Assembly: GCA_021613535.1 (NCBI GenBank)
Contig: CP075495.1
Span: 8,680,001-8,744,000, forward strand
Source: Adineta vaga
Taxonomy: Eukaryota; Animalia; Rotifera
Reading direction: 5' to 3'
Length of the DNA: 64,000 nt
Part shown: positions 37,824 to 53,000 of the stretch, in pieces
Layout: every line of letters starts with the position of its first letter
How positions within the stretch are numbered: position 1 is the stretch's first letter
The notes under the pieces: generated by a model
The model's input: the letters and a program-made list of their open reading frames with translations, nothing else
Told to the model about the DNA's origin: nothing
Database searches by the model: none
Made by a program: the position numbers and the translations under genes

Positions 37824-40475
37824 TCAAATGATACGAATATCATTCACTGGTGTTGTATATTGAATATCGGTTGTTGTTAATTTCTGTGTACCAAATAAGG
37901 ATGTAAACAGATCAGATCTACAAGAAAAAAATACGAAATATATTTGTTTTTTTTCTTTCTAAATGACTATTTACTTTGCTTCATCAGTAAAAGAACATCG
38001 ATCAATTGGTGCCATGTAATTAACTAATTTCTTATGAACGTTATAACGAATTTTACGATCTTTACTTGCTTTGGTATCAATATTTTTCTTTAATTTAGTG
38101 CGTAATTTTCTTAATTGTGCCCAATGTCTAAATAAATAAGATAAAGTGAGAATTTGGAATATATATATATATATGTTCAACTTACTTGCTTATCTGATCT
38201 GGATCAGTAATTGATGCTGTTTTTCGTTCGATGTATTCACGTAATAATTGATGATAAAAATCACCATCATCAAAAAGTTCACAATTGAATTTTGTTGTTA
38301 AATCTGTTAATGTTTCAGATGTATTGTTTGGTGATGAAGGTGGACATACAAGATCATAATCTATGCGATTTGTTTGTGTTCGTTTGATAAGACGATCTGG
38401 TAAAGACATAATCTAAATAATAGAATTAATTTTAGCATCATTTACAAAGTTAAACAGAAAGAATTCCTCTTTTTCTCCACTGGAATGACAGTGAAAGTTA
38501 AGATCATATATACTGTAATCTTTATCGATATTAAAAGTCAGATTTTAAAAGACGTTTTTGTTTTTCAAGACTTAAATTTCGTGACATATTTAACAAAACA
38601 TTATTTACCTCTTTGATTTGCACAAGTGGTGATTGTTCAACAGTAGTCGTTTTACTCTGTTTTGAAAAGGCACGAGTACGTTCGAACCATTTTTGTATCA
38701 CAGCATCTCTAATCCCAATATAAATTCGATTATATAAAGTAACTCAAGAGATATCTTCTTAATCTACCTTTCTGGTACAAAATGTTCATAAGTTTTGTTC
38801 AGTTCTTCATCAACTGCTTGTTCACCATTTTTCAAACGTTTTGATAACGTTTTAAAAATTTCGGTTGTATCTGTATTATCATCATGATTTTCATCTTCAC
38901 TATGTTTTTCTTCGTCATCATCGTCACGCATTCGCTTATTTGAACGACGACGATTAACCGCCAGAAGAAGTGCAAGTGTTTTACGGAAGAGTTTTGCATC
39001 TTGAAAAAAAATCATATATGACAAATGAAAAACAAAATTCATCTGCATCATTTTACTTTCATCAATCACTTCTTGTAGTTCACCATCATCGTCATCATCA
39101 ACAACAACATTATTGTTATCAGATATAGTCGTTGTTGGTAAACAATTGCATGTTATTGTTGCACGTTGAAGTTTAATACGTAATTCAAGAAAGGAATCCC
39201 ATAAAGCTAAAACATAAATCGATATACATATATCCAGGGATCGTTTTTACATACAATAGATATAAGCGAAAAATCCGACGTGTTCGACTGTGTCCTTTGT
39301 TTTCTGTATCTACTATAAAAGTCAGCTATATTCATCTAAATCATATCATTCAGTTTATTCTATTTCAAACATGCGTCTCGTATTATTCACTATTCTTCTT
39401 TTATCATGTATAGTCAATTCATTGGCTTCACTTGGGTCATGGTTTGGTAAAGGCTCATCTAAAGATCAATGTCCAATTAAATTATATGATATAAAAGATT
39501 CTTCATTTACGGGTAGTAAAATTCATGCCAATATCGATACATTTCATCCATTACTTCGTACATTATCCAAATATGCCAAAGAATGTCACGTTAAAATTCA
39601 AATAAAACAAGGTTTTATTCAAGAAAATCTCGGTTTAACAACATTAAAAATAAATGATCACACTGAAATGGCTTTTCGACTTGGCGAAGGAATTGAATTT
39701 GAATTAATCGATCAAAATAATAAACTTTTATGCAATCGATTATGTCTTCAAAAAGATATAACTCAATTAAAAGAATTACCTGATGCAAAATGTTTCTTAC
39801 AAAAAGTTTCGATAAATACTGACTTTAGACAAGATGCTATTAAGCCAAATCTTTTAATTAAACGACCACAACTTAGTGAATCTCTTATCATACTTGAAAA
39901 TAAACGAAAAGATATACAACAAAAATGTAGTCAGTTGAAAATGAATGCTTAAATCTTTCTTTTTTTATACATTTTCTTCAATAAATTTAATTTAATTTAA
40001 ATCAACCTTTGCTTTATTCATCAATGTAATAAGTACCTAGCAGAAACGTGGAGGTTTATGACTGACTGAACGCTCGCTCAATCGCTTTTTAATAAAGCAA
40101 AGCTATACGTTTTCGTGTGGAAACTGAAGTTTAGTGACATATACTTGACGATATCTAAATCTGTAATTTAATTGTAAAGTATGGAACACTCTGTATCATT
40201 GTTAAAACTATAGATAAATAAGAAATTTAACTTACCAATTTGTTTTTTCAATGCATCAGCTTTTTGCTTTTCCGAACCAATATTTGGCTCTTGTCGATTT
40301 GCTGAATCTTCCATTTGCATAGATGATGCATCTTCTTCATCTTCATCATCACTTGTTATTTCTTCATCATCAACATCTAATAAGTAAAACTAATATAAAA
40401 ATCTTTTTTTGTAATAAAGAGAAAATAAACTTTACCTTCAGCTTCATTTTCACTATAATCTTCTTCAGAATTCAT
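37824..40475 (-). CDS. AATF: AATF/Che-1/Bfr2 (TRAUB domain), multi-exon; start uncertain
   Basis: LWDSFLELRIKLQR, FDDGDFYHQLLREYIERK, DTKASKDRKIRYNVHKKLVNYMAP. Confidence 0.9.
39371..39952 (+). CDS. Intronless secreted protein of unknown function nested antisense in an AATF intron
   Basis: 193-aa ORF with signal peptide MRLVLFTILLLSCIVNSLA and six further Cys; AATAAA at ~39979; lies within AATF intron ~40235-39208. Confidence 0.75.
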   Translation: MRLVLFTILLLSCIVNSLASLGSWFGKGSSKDQCPIKLYDIKDSSFTGSKIHANIDTFHPLLRTLSKYAKECHVKIQIKQGFIQENLGLTTLKINDHTEMAFRLGEGIEFELIDQNNKLLCNRLCLQKDITQLKELPDAKCFLQKVSINTDFRQDAIKPNLLIKRPQLSESLIILENKRKDIQQKCSQLKMNA

Positions 40476-41184
40476 TTCGTTGAATCGTATATGTTTTTCT
40501 TTTTCTACAACTATATGATAACACAATGAAATAAAATCATTTCTCTTCCACTTCGACGAATATCTCTCATCTTCTTATGTTTTTTGTTTATTATTCACAT
40601 ATCAAAAAGAAAAAGGAGAGAAAAGAAGATCAACTATGATAGTTGAGAAAGAAGAAGAACAACAACAAAACCAAAAAATGTTCAAGGGAGAAAAAGATGA
40701 CAGTGAAAGAAAAACAAACAAACAAAAAACCAAAACCGACATTATACACACAGTTCTTCTTGTTTTATTTCTTTTTCTTCATGTAAAAACGAACGAGAAA
40801 GAGCAAAGCACGCCACAAACAACAACGAAACACACACAAAACAAAAAGTAAAAAAACGAAAGAAAGAAAGGAACCGAGCGCATGTTTTCAGGACATATCT
40901 TTCTTACAATTCTATGTACATACGCACGCAGGTTCTCATACCCGAGCAGAAAAATAAAAATGTTTCTGTTTTCAAAATGTAACAAGTTTTCAGTTCTTTA
41001 CATGTGTTTATGGTGATGATAGATTGTAAGATGAACAGACGAACGGACACATATACACGAGCAAAAGTCAAAGAAAAGAAATGTGTGTTGGAACGGAGGT
41101 GAATAGTGTGTGTATCAAAGATAGACGTAAAAAAGACAGAAGAGGGTAAACACAAAAGATATACATGTACAAAGAATGTTCTAA

Positions 41185-44100
41185 TTAACGTTGAGATGGA
41201 TCTTGTGGTGTTTGTTGTTGTTGTTGTTGTTGTTGTTGCTGAGATGTGAACTGAGATGGTCGCGCTAATGTTACATTCAATGGTATTCGCGTTAGATTAG
41301 GCGTTGAACCTGTTCGTGTTATGTATGTTGGAGGTGGAGGTGTTGAAGAATTTGCTCTTAATGGTGCTATCAATGTATGTGGTGTGGGTTGAGTAGATCC
41401 TTGTTGTTGTTGTTGTATTATTGTGGGATGTCGAGGACGTGTTGCTGTAGTATAACTAGGAGGTGGATTTAAGTGAGATTGCGATATTGATGTATGCCAT
41501 TGTTGTGGTTGATTTGCTTGTTGAATAAACGTTGTTGTTGTTGTGGCGGCTGCTGTTGTTCCTGTAGATGGTAAACGATGAACAGGAGTTTTATTTATTA
41601 ATGATGAATAAATCAATTGTTTGGAATCATTCATATCTGAACGTTGTTGTTGAGGTTGTTGATCATCCATTGATGGATCCTGTTTGACACGGCCAATCAA
41701 TACACTCAATTGACTTGCTGTTTGTTGTATTGGTTTACCAGTATTAGGTTTTTGTGGTACTGTTATATATGTTGGATTTGGCCACGCTCCTTGTTGTGGT
41801 GCACGGATTAATGTGACTGGAGCTGGTTTACCAGATGAATCAAATGAATTCGATGGTATAGATGTGGCTGTTGAAACTAAAATTTATCATAATGAATTCA
41901 ATGATACATATGATTTCATTTACATCTTTCTTATATTCTCTTGTAAGTATTTCACAACTGATTCATTTTACAGATAGTCTATAAAAAAGACGACCAATGA
42001 AAGTGGATCTCTCTCAACAAACTAATCTATTCATGCATTCTCCTTTTTTTCTAAACCAAACTTTCAAGTGTAAAATAAAAGTGTTTCAAATGAATTAGTA
42101 TTTTAGATTATACGTTAATTTCTAACCTGATTGTGATTGTGACTGTTGCTGTTGTGTTTGCATTGTATTCGGTCTTTGTTGCATCATTGCTTGCATACGA
42201 CGTCGATCTGTTTGCAAACTAGTTGCACGTTGTTTTTGAATTTTAGTTTTTAAATTTGTACAAAATGGTACTTGACAATTTTGTTCATTACAACTCTTTG
42301 CATGATACCAACAAAGAAATATAACTTGTTTACATACATTACATTGACTATTTTTGCCTTTACATTCTTTTGTATGTTGTATAACACGTTTATAACGAAA
42401 ACAACTACGATTAACACAATTAGCATTTCGACAATTAACAGCATGTAATAATGCTTCAATACAACGTTGCATCGATTGTTGCCGTTGCAATTGTGGACTT
42501 GCAAGAGATTTATCATTACTATTTAATGAATTATGTTCACTATCATGACTAACATCTACAATTGAAGGAACTGAACGTTCCATTTTATGTTCATGTTTTG
42601 GTTCCGTATTATAACATTTTTCACATAGATCGAAATCATCACATACTGTACAATGGTAACGAATTTCACATTGATGACGACATGCATTACAATTATAAGT
42701 AAATTTATCTGTAGTGGATGTATGTAGTTCATATAATAATGCCATTGTTGAAAATTTTGCACGCCGTAATGAAGAAAATTCATAATGTTTATCTCGAGCA
42801 AAATTTAGAAAGGCATCACGTGTATCCATTAAATCACATTGTATTAAAACATCCGTATCATTTACAGCTGGATATGTTGCGATTGGATTACGTAAACGAA
42901 TAACAAAGAATGCCTTGATTAAAAAATAATGTTGAATGAATTTTTTTTTCGAAAAACAAAGAAAATATCATCTACCTCTTTATGTTTCTCCATTGTTGCA
43001 AATATTTTCGATAATAAATCAGTACAATTTGACATTTGTTTTTTTGCTACTTTTCGTTGACTTGCTGTTGTTTTCTTCAAATTTTTCTTCTTATGTGTGT
43101 TAGCTGATTTACGCTTATCCGAAATCTAAATTGATATGAAATTAAAAAAAACGAATTGAATTATTCATCTATTGAATTTACCTCTGTTGGATCTTCAGGT
43201 TCGATAGGATCATCAAAACCGCCATCATCCAATGCTCTTGATGCTTCAAGTTCTTGTTTCTTTCGATCTTCTTCTTCTTGATCAAGTTCTATAAATATAT
43301 AAATATTTGTAATATTTTTCAATCATTCAAAATGATCTTCATACCTTTAATACTTTCTTCTATGATATTTGACCAAAAATCACCTTCAAAATATGGAATA
43401 TCCAATGCATTTTGTACTTGATTATCAAGACAATCTTTCATTACATCCTAGAAACAAAATTTGAATTGATTCGAATGAAATAAACATTCTAGAATTGTCT
43501 CTTTTATACTTTATAATCAATAACAACACGTTCTACAATTGCCTTATCAAGCATTTTCTTATACCAATCTTGTAAACGTTTTGGTTTTGGTACACGTTGT
43601 TCAGGTGGATGACAATGAAAAATATAATCATCACCTTCACTCGGTGGACATGCCCATATATGTGCATAAACATAACCAAGTTTTTTTGCATAATCCAAAT
43701 ATCCAATTAAAAGTTCATGATAAATTTCTGTACGATAACGTTTTGGACGAAAAAAGTGTACGGAATCCAAGTATGAAACATAAACACGTCGTGTATTCGG
43801 TGCATGACAACGTCCATCATATTCTTGTACATGCATACCAAATAGAACAACATCAACACCTTCAATTTCTTGAAATGCAAATATAGCTTTTGTTCGATAT
43901 GGATAACCATCAGGTACTTGATTTTGATAATATTTCTTTAAACGTGGTTTTACTTCACATACTTTATCACTTGCAGCTAATATACGTATTGATACAGGGC
44001 CAGTTATACAACGTTCATTACGAAGATATTCATTGACACGTTTTTCCAATACTCGTGCTAAATCTGTTTCTGTTAATTTGAATGCTGTATATCGATTATC

Positions 44101-47100
44101 TTTTCGTTTAATATTGTAATCATGTCGACAGGTTTCACATATGAAACCTTCAGGCCAAACTTGATCTAAATGTAATGCACAAACTTGATGCCAACGACGT
44201 GTACAAACAATACAATCAACAGTTGCTTCAGGTTCTTGTATGTCATTTTTAGCTGATTGGAAAAGACTTTTTGGTAATTCAACTAGAGTTTGAGCTGGAT
44301 CATCACCGACAAAGATTGATTCACCTTTAACTGAATCAAAACATTTCGAACAAAATGTATATTTATCACCGGACAAATTGAAACGTGCTGGTTCAGAATT
44401 GTTATAATAATAATAACTACCATCGCGTGGAATTTGACAACATAATTGATTACCATAACAAAACATGACTTGAGGCAAATATACATATTGCCGACCGCAA
44501 CAATAACCTAATGTTCTCATTATAGGATCGATTGCATCGAGATATATTTCCGAAAGCTAGAATTAGACAGACAAAAATGAATAATTATTCATTGTTATAT
44601 GGTGCATGAAAGTAAAATATTTACAAAATGAGAACATTCAATATTAACTCATAGGATAAAGAATGTTCTTCGTGTCATGACTTATATATACAAGATACAC
44701 TTTTAAAAGAATTTCTCGTACAGTCAATATAATTGATTAGAGATTTTGAACGAGAAAAAAACGATGACTTACTTTTGTACACATTTTATAAACTTTTGTT
44801 GTCTTCTTATTATACGACCAGGCATTATTAAACATCAACCAGGCATCATCACAAAACTTTAATGGATTTTCATATTGACCTTGTGATAATTTAGTTTGCA
44901 TTGTTGATATATCCATTGGCTTTTTAACAATCAATGGATAGTCCAATATACCCAATGCAACAGGATCGACTGGTTGACGAAATGGATGTGAATCTTCACA
45001 TGCAATCATTTTGTGTAGGACTGGTTCGAGATGTGTACGTAATTCTTCGGATGTAAATCTTATCGGATGTTTAGGTAATTGTTTACTAGTGGATTCAATC
45101 TGTGGTATTTTTGGTTTGATATCTTCGTTCACAGTTAGTTCGGATTTGATCATTACAGTTGAATGTAAAAGATCATTATTTGTTAACTCTTCTTTTTTAA
45201 TGATTCCATAGGTCGATGACTAGAATGTAGAAAAAGAATTTATAGAAAAAAACACGAAAAAAAGAATCAAAACAGACTTGAAAAGAAGTTTTCGGTGAGA
45301 TTAATTCAGTTTTTATTTGATTTGATGCATCTGTCATGTCAATATCATGTGATTGATTCGTAGTTATTGTATCACCATTTAATAGAAAATTTAAATTTTC
45401 ATTTGGTGGTACATTTGTGATTGTGAATGTTCCTGTACTAGTATTTGTAGAGCCATTTAATGGTGTTCGATTTGAATTTGTCACTGTTGTTAAGGGTTGA
45501 TGAAGAATATTTCCAGCCGATGCTGCAGCTGCTGGTGATGCAAAATCAGATAATGGTGCCGTACGATTTGGCGGACCACCATCAGCAGTTATTGTATCAA
45601 TAGCTAAATTAATTTTTCCATTATAATCATTTGTTGTTGATGATGATTGTCCTGTTGTAGAAGATATTTGTGCAGCTAATTGCATATCTTGTAAACGTTT
45701 TTTCTCCCTTCGTTCTTCTAATTCTTTTTGAATTTTATAAATTTTTTCAGCTAATTTATGAAAATATTCTTCTTGATTATTTGCGACATCGAATGTTTCA
45801 CTTTCTACCCGTCGTGCATAATTCGCAAGATTTATAATACGTTTATCACGTACAGCTCCCGTATCAGTAATAGGAATTAGAGCTGTTATTATTTTCTGTA
45901 CAAGATGATTGCGCATTTCAGATGTTACACGTCTTTGCCAATCTTTTGTTATAGGTCGATCATTCGTATTCGATATCAGATTAGTTGATGATACTCCAGT
46001 TGAATTTGTTGTTGCTGTTGTATTCGTAGTTACTAGATTAAGTTTAGCTAATGTTGATGGTGTTTTCAGTGGTTGACATATTGGACATTGAGGATTAGTA
46101 CATTGTTTCCAATGTAAAATTATTTGCCGAGAAGTAACACAATGAGGTACAGTACAATTTTTATGATCATTGCATTTTGTCATATGTTGTAAGACACTTT
46201 TCATTGTATTACAATGTGGTAATGTACAAGTAGTTGGACGTGCTGTTTCACCATTGATTATTTGTTTTTCCCGTTGTTGACATTTATGTGCATGTAATAG
46301 TAAAACAAGTTGTTTTTGAATAAATTGTTTTCGTTGAATTTCAGTATGTTGACCAGGATTATTTGATGCTTGTTGAGATTGTTGCACGAGCATATGATTT
46401 GTTTGTGGTTGCTGTTGTGGTTGTTGTTGTTGTTGTTGTGATTGAGGAGCTAGAATATAACTTGTTGGTGCTTGATCTATCAACTGAGTCTAAAGAAAAG
46501 AAACTAATAATAAAAACAAATGAAATAGATTAGTTCGACATACTCGTATTGTTGCAGTATTATAAGATTGAACAGTATTTTGTTGTTGCATATGAATTTG
46601 TTGTGGTTGTTGTTGAATTTGAAATTGATTGACTTGTTGCGTTGACAGAGAGGGTAGAACAGTCGAAATTGTTTTATTTGTTTGAACTGTTGGCATTTGT
46701 GTCACTGTTTGTTGTAAACCGAGTAAAGTCGACTGTTGTTGTTGCTGAGAATTCGTAACAAATACATTATTATTATTTGGATCACTTGCCTAAGAAAAAC
46801 GAATAGAAACAAACTTTTACTTTTTTCATTATCTAATTGATATTCTGCAATTTACTTTAACAATACTCATTTGTGGTACATTTTGATTCATATTAACCAT
46901 GCCTGTGGTATTATATTGCTGTCGAACCAATGTAGATGACATATTTGATTGTTGTGTTACTGTTGGCATACGTTGATATAATGGTCGATTAAGTCCACCT
47001 GATGAATTGATCATTTGTTGTGGTTGTTGTTGTGTATAAATTGTTGGCTGTTGTTGAATACCATTTGATATAATATTCGTTGGTCGAACAATTGTTGATG

Positions 47101-47561
47101 TTGGTGTCATTGTTTGTATACGTTGTAAACTCGGTGTTTGATAAGTAGATAATTGTGGTCGTGTTTGTGCTATATACGTAAGTCGAGTTTGTACTTGTTG
47201 TTGTGGTTGATAAATATTGGTTGATTGTTGGTTTAATATTGGATTTGCTGATGATGGCACTGTTGATTGTATGGATGTTGATGTTTGTAATTGGGCATTA
47301 TCGAGTGTGTCAGTAAAATCAGTGGCAAGATCGAATAAATCTTGAGTATTATTTGTATCGGATGTATCATATTGTGAAATCATTTTAAAACCAAAATCTA
47401 AACATTAGAGAAGAAAAGAAGTTGATTATTTATCAACAGAAGAAAAAACAAACAAATGTTCTTTCTAGGAATTTTTTTTATCTACCTGATTCGTTTGAAT
47501 TTGTATCCGAACGAAATTTTTTTGTCGGTGGTTGTTGAACACCAACAAATTCAGCCATCAT
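41185..47561 (-). CDS. CBP: CREB-binding protein / p300 histone acetyltransferase, multi-exon
   Basis: TAZ1 (QKQLVLLLHAHKCQ), KIX (MRNHLVQKI), bromodomain, RING/PHD, HAT (YLDSVHFFRP; WACPPSEGDDYIFHCHP), ZZ, TAZ2, Q-rich termini. Confidence 0.97.
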
Positions 47562-49038
47562 CCATTGTTATATACAGATGTTTTCTTCTTTCTTATTGAA
47601 CTATTCTAATGATAGAACAAACGCCGATAATCTAAAGACAAATAATTAAAAAGTTTTATTTCAAAGAATTTTATTTAAATTTTGTTTTAAACATTATTTT
47701 TCGGAGAGATATCGATCCCGGATGCTCCCATACATACATTCGACCGATCGAGCATGCATAACTTACGGCACAAAGCGGAAGTACTAGCGACAACTGGCGG
47801 ACAAATGGTCAACATGTTAATCTGATTGGTATGAGTTATTTCTCTAATGCATTTCTGTGTTGAATGAACATTTTTCAGAAGGATAGGAAAAATTTTTTTA
47901 TTGGATCAAATATTCACCTGTAAATATACTTCTTACCAAACAGCTGATTAAAAGAAGCAATTTATTCCAAATTATAAAACGAAAATCTCAATAAATAATA
48001 ACCGGAAAAATAACGATTATCAATAATATAAACTTTAATTTAATACAAACTGTGTTTTTTTCTAATCTCATTTAAAAAATGCACTGGGTTTTCTCCAATA
48101 TATACGTATTCTCCTCTATTTTTCTTTCTGTTAAAACAATACAGCGGGCGTTGTCGTCTAGTAAGAAATGGTTTGAAATGAGTAAAAATAGAGGACACTA
48201 ACTTATATGACAAAATGCGAACGATAATATTTTATTTGATTACTGAAAATTAGTCATTAGAAAGATACGTAATTCTCAGGTATGCTTCATATATCTCTAC
48301 ATTCTTTTTAAATATCAAATTTAATAGAAAGAATTTTACACGTATTATTTTTCTAATGATATTATATTCTTTTCCACATTATTGTTTTCTGAAACTATAA
48401 ATGTTTTGACATCTTGTTTGATTGATTGTACCCAACAAACTTTTATGGAAATTATTCGATTTATTTAAAAAAATCGACCCAAATAAAAATATCGATATTT
48501 ATTTGAATTATGTTTTGATCGAATAATTCGTGAACCTACTGAGGATCAGAATGATTCTTACTGCAACGATATAAAATTATGAAAAATGTATAAATATCAA
48601 GAGACATACTTTTAAATGGTATTCTTCTTTCATAATCTCAACCAAAGTAAGAAAATCTATACAGTGGGAATAGAAAAGTATTCCTTTCTATGAGAATTCG
48701 AATTTTACCATAGGATTTTTCCATGTATTTTGTTTTATTTTACATATGCGAATAAAAAACAGTTTTGACTTGAAAATTTTGTCATTAAAGCCACCAAAAA
48801 ACATATTTGTACAACAAATACATACAAAATGTTATAAAGCAAAGTAAAACAACAAATAGAAGAGATTCTTCGAATTGAATTATGCATTAGAAAACAAGAC
48901 AGATCAGTAGAAAAAAATTATAAATGCATGAATATGAGTATTGAAGAAGAAGAAGAAGAAGAAGCCCAGATCAACAAGAGAGAAGCTCGCCATAATTGCT
49001 ATTCGTCAATAATTAGAAGGAGAAGTATGAAATATTTT

Positions 49039-49765
49039 CTTAACAGCAATTGGATTTCACCGGTTTCGTTTGTTCATTTCCATTAGGAAATACACCATGT
49101 GTATTATCCGATGCACCTATAGTTGATTCTTTAGCTTTCATTGTTAAGTCTTCAGCAATGGTTTGAAATAATTTTCCAACATTATCACTATTTTTTGCTG
49201 ACGTCTCAAGATACCACATATCATTCTTTTCGGCAAATTGTTCAGCAACATGTGTAGGTACTTCACGCTCATCAATGTCACATTTATTGCCTAGGAAAAT
49301 TTTTCAAATGATTGATGTAGATTTCGAAACAATTGTACATACCAACAAGTGTACATATAACATCGTTATTAGCATAAGCTTTTACTTCACGAACCCAATC
49401 TGGAAGACTTGAGAATGTAGCAAGATTATTTATATCAAAAACAATAATTAAGGCATTTGCTGAACGATAATATGATTGTGTTATTGAGCGAAAACGTTCT
49501 TGCCCAGCAGTATCCCATATTTGTAGCTAAAGAAAACAAAAAAAAACACTATTTTAAATACAAATTTTGACGTTATTTAATAACAAACTTTTATCTTTTC
49601 TCCGTTCACTTCAACAGTTTTAATTAGAAAATCAACGCCAATTGTTGCTGCTTGACCAGCTGGAAAGACATCTTGACAAAATCTCCGAACGAGACATGTT
49701 TTTCCTACACTCGCATTACCAATTAAAACAACTTTGAATAAATATTTATAATCATCCATTAACAT
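49039..49765 (-). CDS. RAB30: Rab30 small GTPase, 3 coding exons
   Basis: MDDYKYLFKVVLIGNASVGKTCLVRRF...GQAATIGVDF; WDTAGQERFRSITQSYYRSANA; C-terminal CC. Confidence 0.9.
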
Positions 49766-50044
49766 CTTTTTTCGAAGAGGAATAAACAAAAATGAATCTA
49801 TAAAAAAAAATCAAATAGAAAATCAATCTTTTACATGTATGTATATACTTCGTTCTCCAAACTAATTTATCATTGATCAAGAAGATAGAAAAAAAACGAC
49901 AAAAGAAAATATAAGTATTTATACAAAAAAAATCAAACAAATTCTTCATAACCTGAGATAGAAAATAAAGGAAAGACGAGAAGAAACGCATATATATATA
50001 TATATATTGATTTCTGTTACTCGTATTGATTTTCTTTTGTTTAA

Positions 50045-53000
50045 TCACTGTTGAAAGACAAACGATGATTTCGAAGTAAAACGTTGTACGATACCACGCG
50101 AACGACGATTTTGAGTATCACGATCTTTACATCGATGACCACAGCCATAAGGACATTCGTCATGAGTACTGAACCAGACTCGTATATGATCATTATGACC
50201 ACCATGAAAGCAAACACCACAAAATGAAAATATACCACGACATGGAATTCGACTAAAGCAACAAATAGATCATAGTTTCAGTTGTTTAATATTACTAGAT
50301 TCATTTTTAAACTAACCAAATCGAACACATAAAATCTTTTGGTATGAGTGGAAGATTTTTGCTTGTATTTGATGTTGTCGATGAATATGATGAACTTGGA
50401 AGTCGTTTCAAGACTGGCGATTGTGCAGAAAGTATAAGTATACCATCGAAATCTGCCGACTCATACGTTAAAGGTATTTTTTCTTTTTCTACACAATGCT
50501 TCGTTACTTGTTTTGCTTTGACAAATAAACGTAATTTTTGTAATAATTCTATTGATAAATAAAGAAATCAAATCAAGACAAAACAAACTATTCAATATTT
50601 CACAATACCAATATACATTCCAATCCATCGAAAATGATCACCATTGAATAATTCCATCGCTTTATTTTCACCTAGTTTCGGATAAAGTACGAGCAAAAGA
50701 TGAACTGCTACTTGAAGTTCATTCTAAAGATAAATTAAAAAACAATAATCAACTCTTATTTTCTTAATCGAATCTTACATTTTCAACATAATACCGAATT
50801 GTTTCTCGTATAATATTATCAAAAACAAGCGGATGATTTTGCATTGTTGGACAATAACCCTCATCAATAGTAAAAAAATTATCGGAACCATCTGATAATA
50901 CAGGTGCTATCGATTCTTGCACCACACTATCAGGTCTATGAACAAAAAGAAAATGATGATCTTTAATTGAATGAAATGCATTTTCTTACCCATCAAAATC
51001 ATTTGTTGGTCCAAATTCATTCTCATACATCATTATATCGACATATTGGCGTGATAATCGATCGAACGGAAAACCATTCATATCACCTTCACCATTTATC
51101 ATTGATGGTGTATCATTTGACATTACAGGCATTCCATCATGCATTGTTTCAATATCAACCTGTAAGAAATGACGAAAATAAGTTAATCTAAACAATCAAA
51201 TTTCGTTTTGATCATATTCGTACTAATTTTTCTTGTGAGTAATTTCGAAAGAAACTATTCTGATTGGTTAATATTTACCTCATTATCATATGACATATCA
51301 TAACCATTACTATTATTTAATATATCTTCTGGCGTAATAAACATGATATCATCTGTTAAGACATCTCGTACAATATACGTATCAGCATCATCAATCATTT
51401 CTAGAAAAAACAAAATGATGTTAATAAGATATAGAATTGTTAAAAGAACAAATGTATTCCTTTACCTATTTGTGAATTTGGTGGCATAATTTGATCTTGG
51501 GATTTAACTCGTTTTCTTCCATTTAATTCATCATTAAAATCAGATTCTTGTTGTTCTATATCAAGACTATTTAATTTTCCATCCTTTTGTTGATAATGAT
51601 GATGAAAATGATGATGATGATGTCTATGACCACTTAACGAATCACTAATATGACGATTTTTTGTTGCTGATGGTGTATTTCTTGATGAACGTGCACGATA
51701 ACTTTGTAAGCCATCATAATCAGCATATATCATTTTAATAACTTCCCATGTTGCTTTTAAATCTGGTCGTTTCAATTGTTCAGCTACATAACTATTAATA
51801 TCACATATTTGCCCTAAAACTTCCGATGATTTATCACCATTTCCAAATGACCATCGTCGTGCAAATTGATGAAATAATTCGACGGAATTATCCGTAAAAG
51901 AATTCTTATAAATACCAATAATTGATTTTGCATTAATTTGTTCATTCCATTTGTCAAATGTTGACATAATTTCCTGAGAAAAATACTTTTTTAAACTTGT
52001 AAATGTTAATGGAATATGACGTTCAGAATACAATGAACGAATATAATCATTATCAATGTTTGGCATCGCACTATAGACATGACCTTTGGATGAAACATTC
52101 AAAGAAAATAATGATACAAAATTATCTGTTTTTATTGCACTAGATATATTTGTATGAACTAAACGTTCATCACGACTGACAGATACGAGATTATCAGAAT
52201 TCGGACGCCATGAAAAATCACAAATTCGATCTAAAAAGAAGGTAAATAATCAGATTAAACATTTCAAAACGAACAAAAGAATTTTTTATTCATACTCTGA
52301 TGATGGCAAAATGATGCATAGGGTAAGTAAGCACGTCGAACATCCCAAACATGAATACGTGGATCAACTGAGAGTGTCGAACATGCGATATGATAACGGC
52401 AAGCTGGTCGCCAACTAAGTTTAGCTACTGTGCCAAATGATTGAACTTTAAATAAAGGTTCTTGTCGACTATTGGAATCTTGTGCATTCCATATCTTCAA
52501 TTAAAAAATAAACAAAGTATCGATCCTGTCGACAATAATTAATCGTAAGATGATTTTACTCGAATTGTTCGATCACGACCACCAGTAGCAAGCCAATAAG
52601 GTTCATTTACATTCCATGAAAGACATAAGGTTCGATCTGCAGCTGTTAACACCATAGCAGGTGATTCAATTCGTCGCATATCCCAAAGCTATTTAATAAA
52701 AGTAATGACTCTTCTTTTTTTTATCTTTTAAATTAATGATTTAATCGACAAACCGGCACAATACATTGATCATTCAATGCTGCAGCAAACAGATTTGTAT
52801 TAGCCATATTAATATGTATATCACGAAAACCATCTTCGCTAACATGACGAAATGATGCTACAACTTTGTTGGTATTATATGTACGAAAATCAATTAACTA
52901 TAAATTGATAATAGTATTAAAACGAATTTCTAAAAAGTACATCGTTACCTTTGCATATCCATCTTGAGATGCTGTTAATAATAGTTTTGGATCTAGAAAA

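Noticed and set aside
47631-47770. Acceptor upstream of CBP ATG as a trans-splice site
   Set aside because: A good GTAAGT donor lies at ~47766, so an ordinary 5' UTR intron explains it
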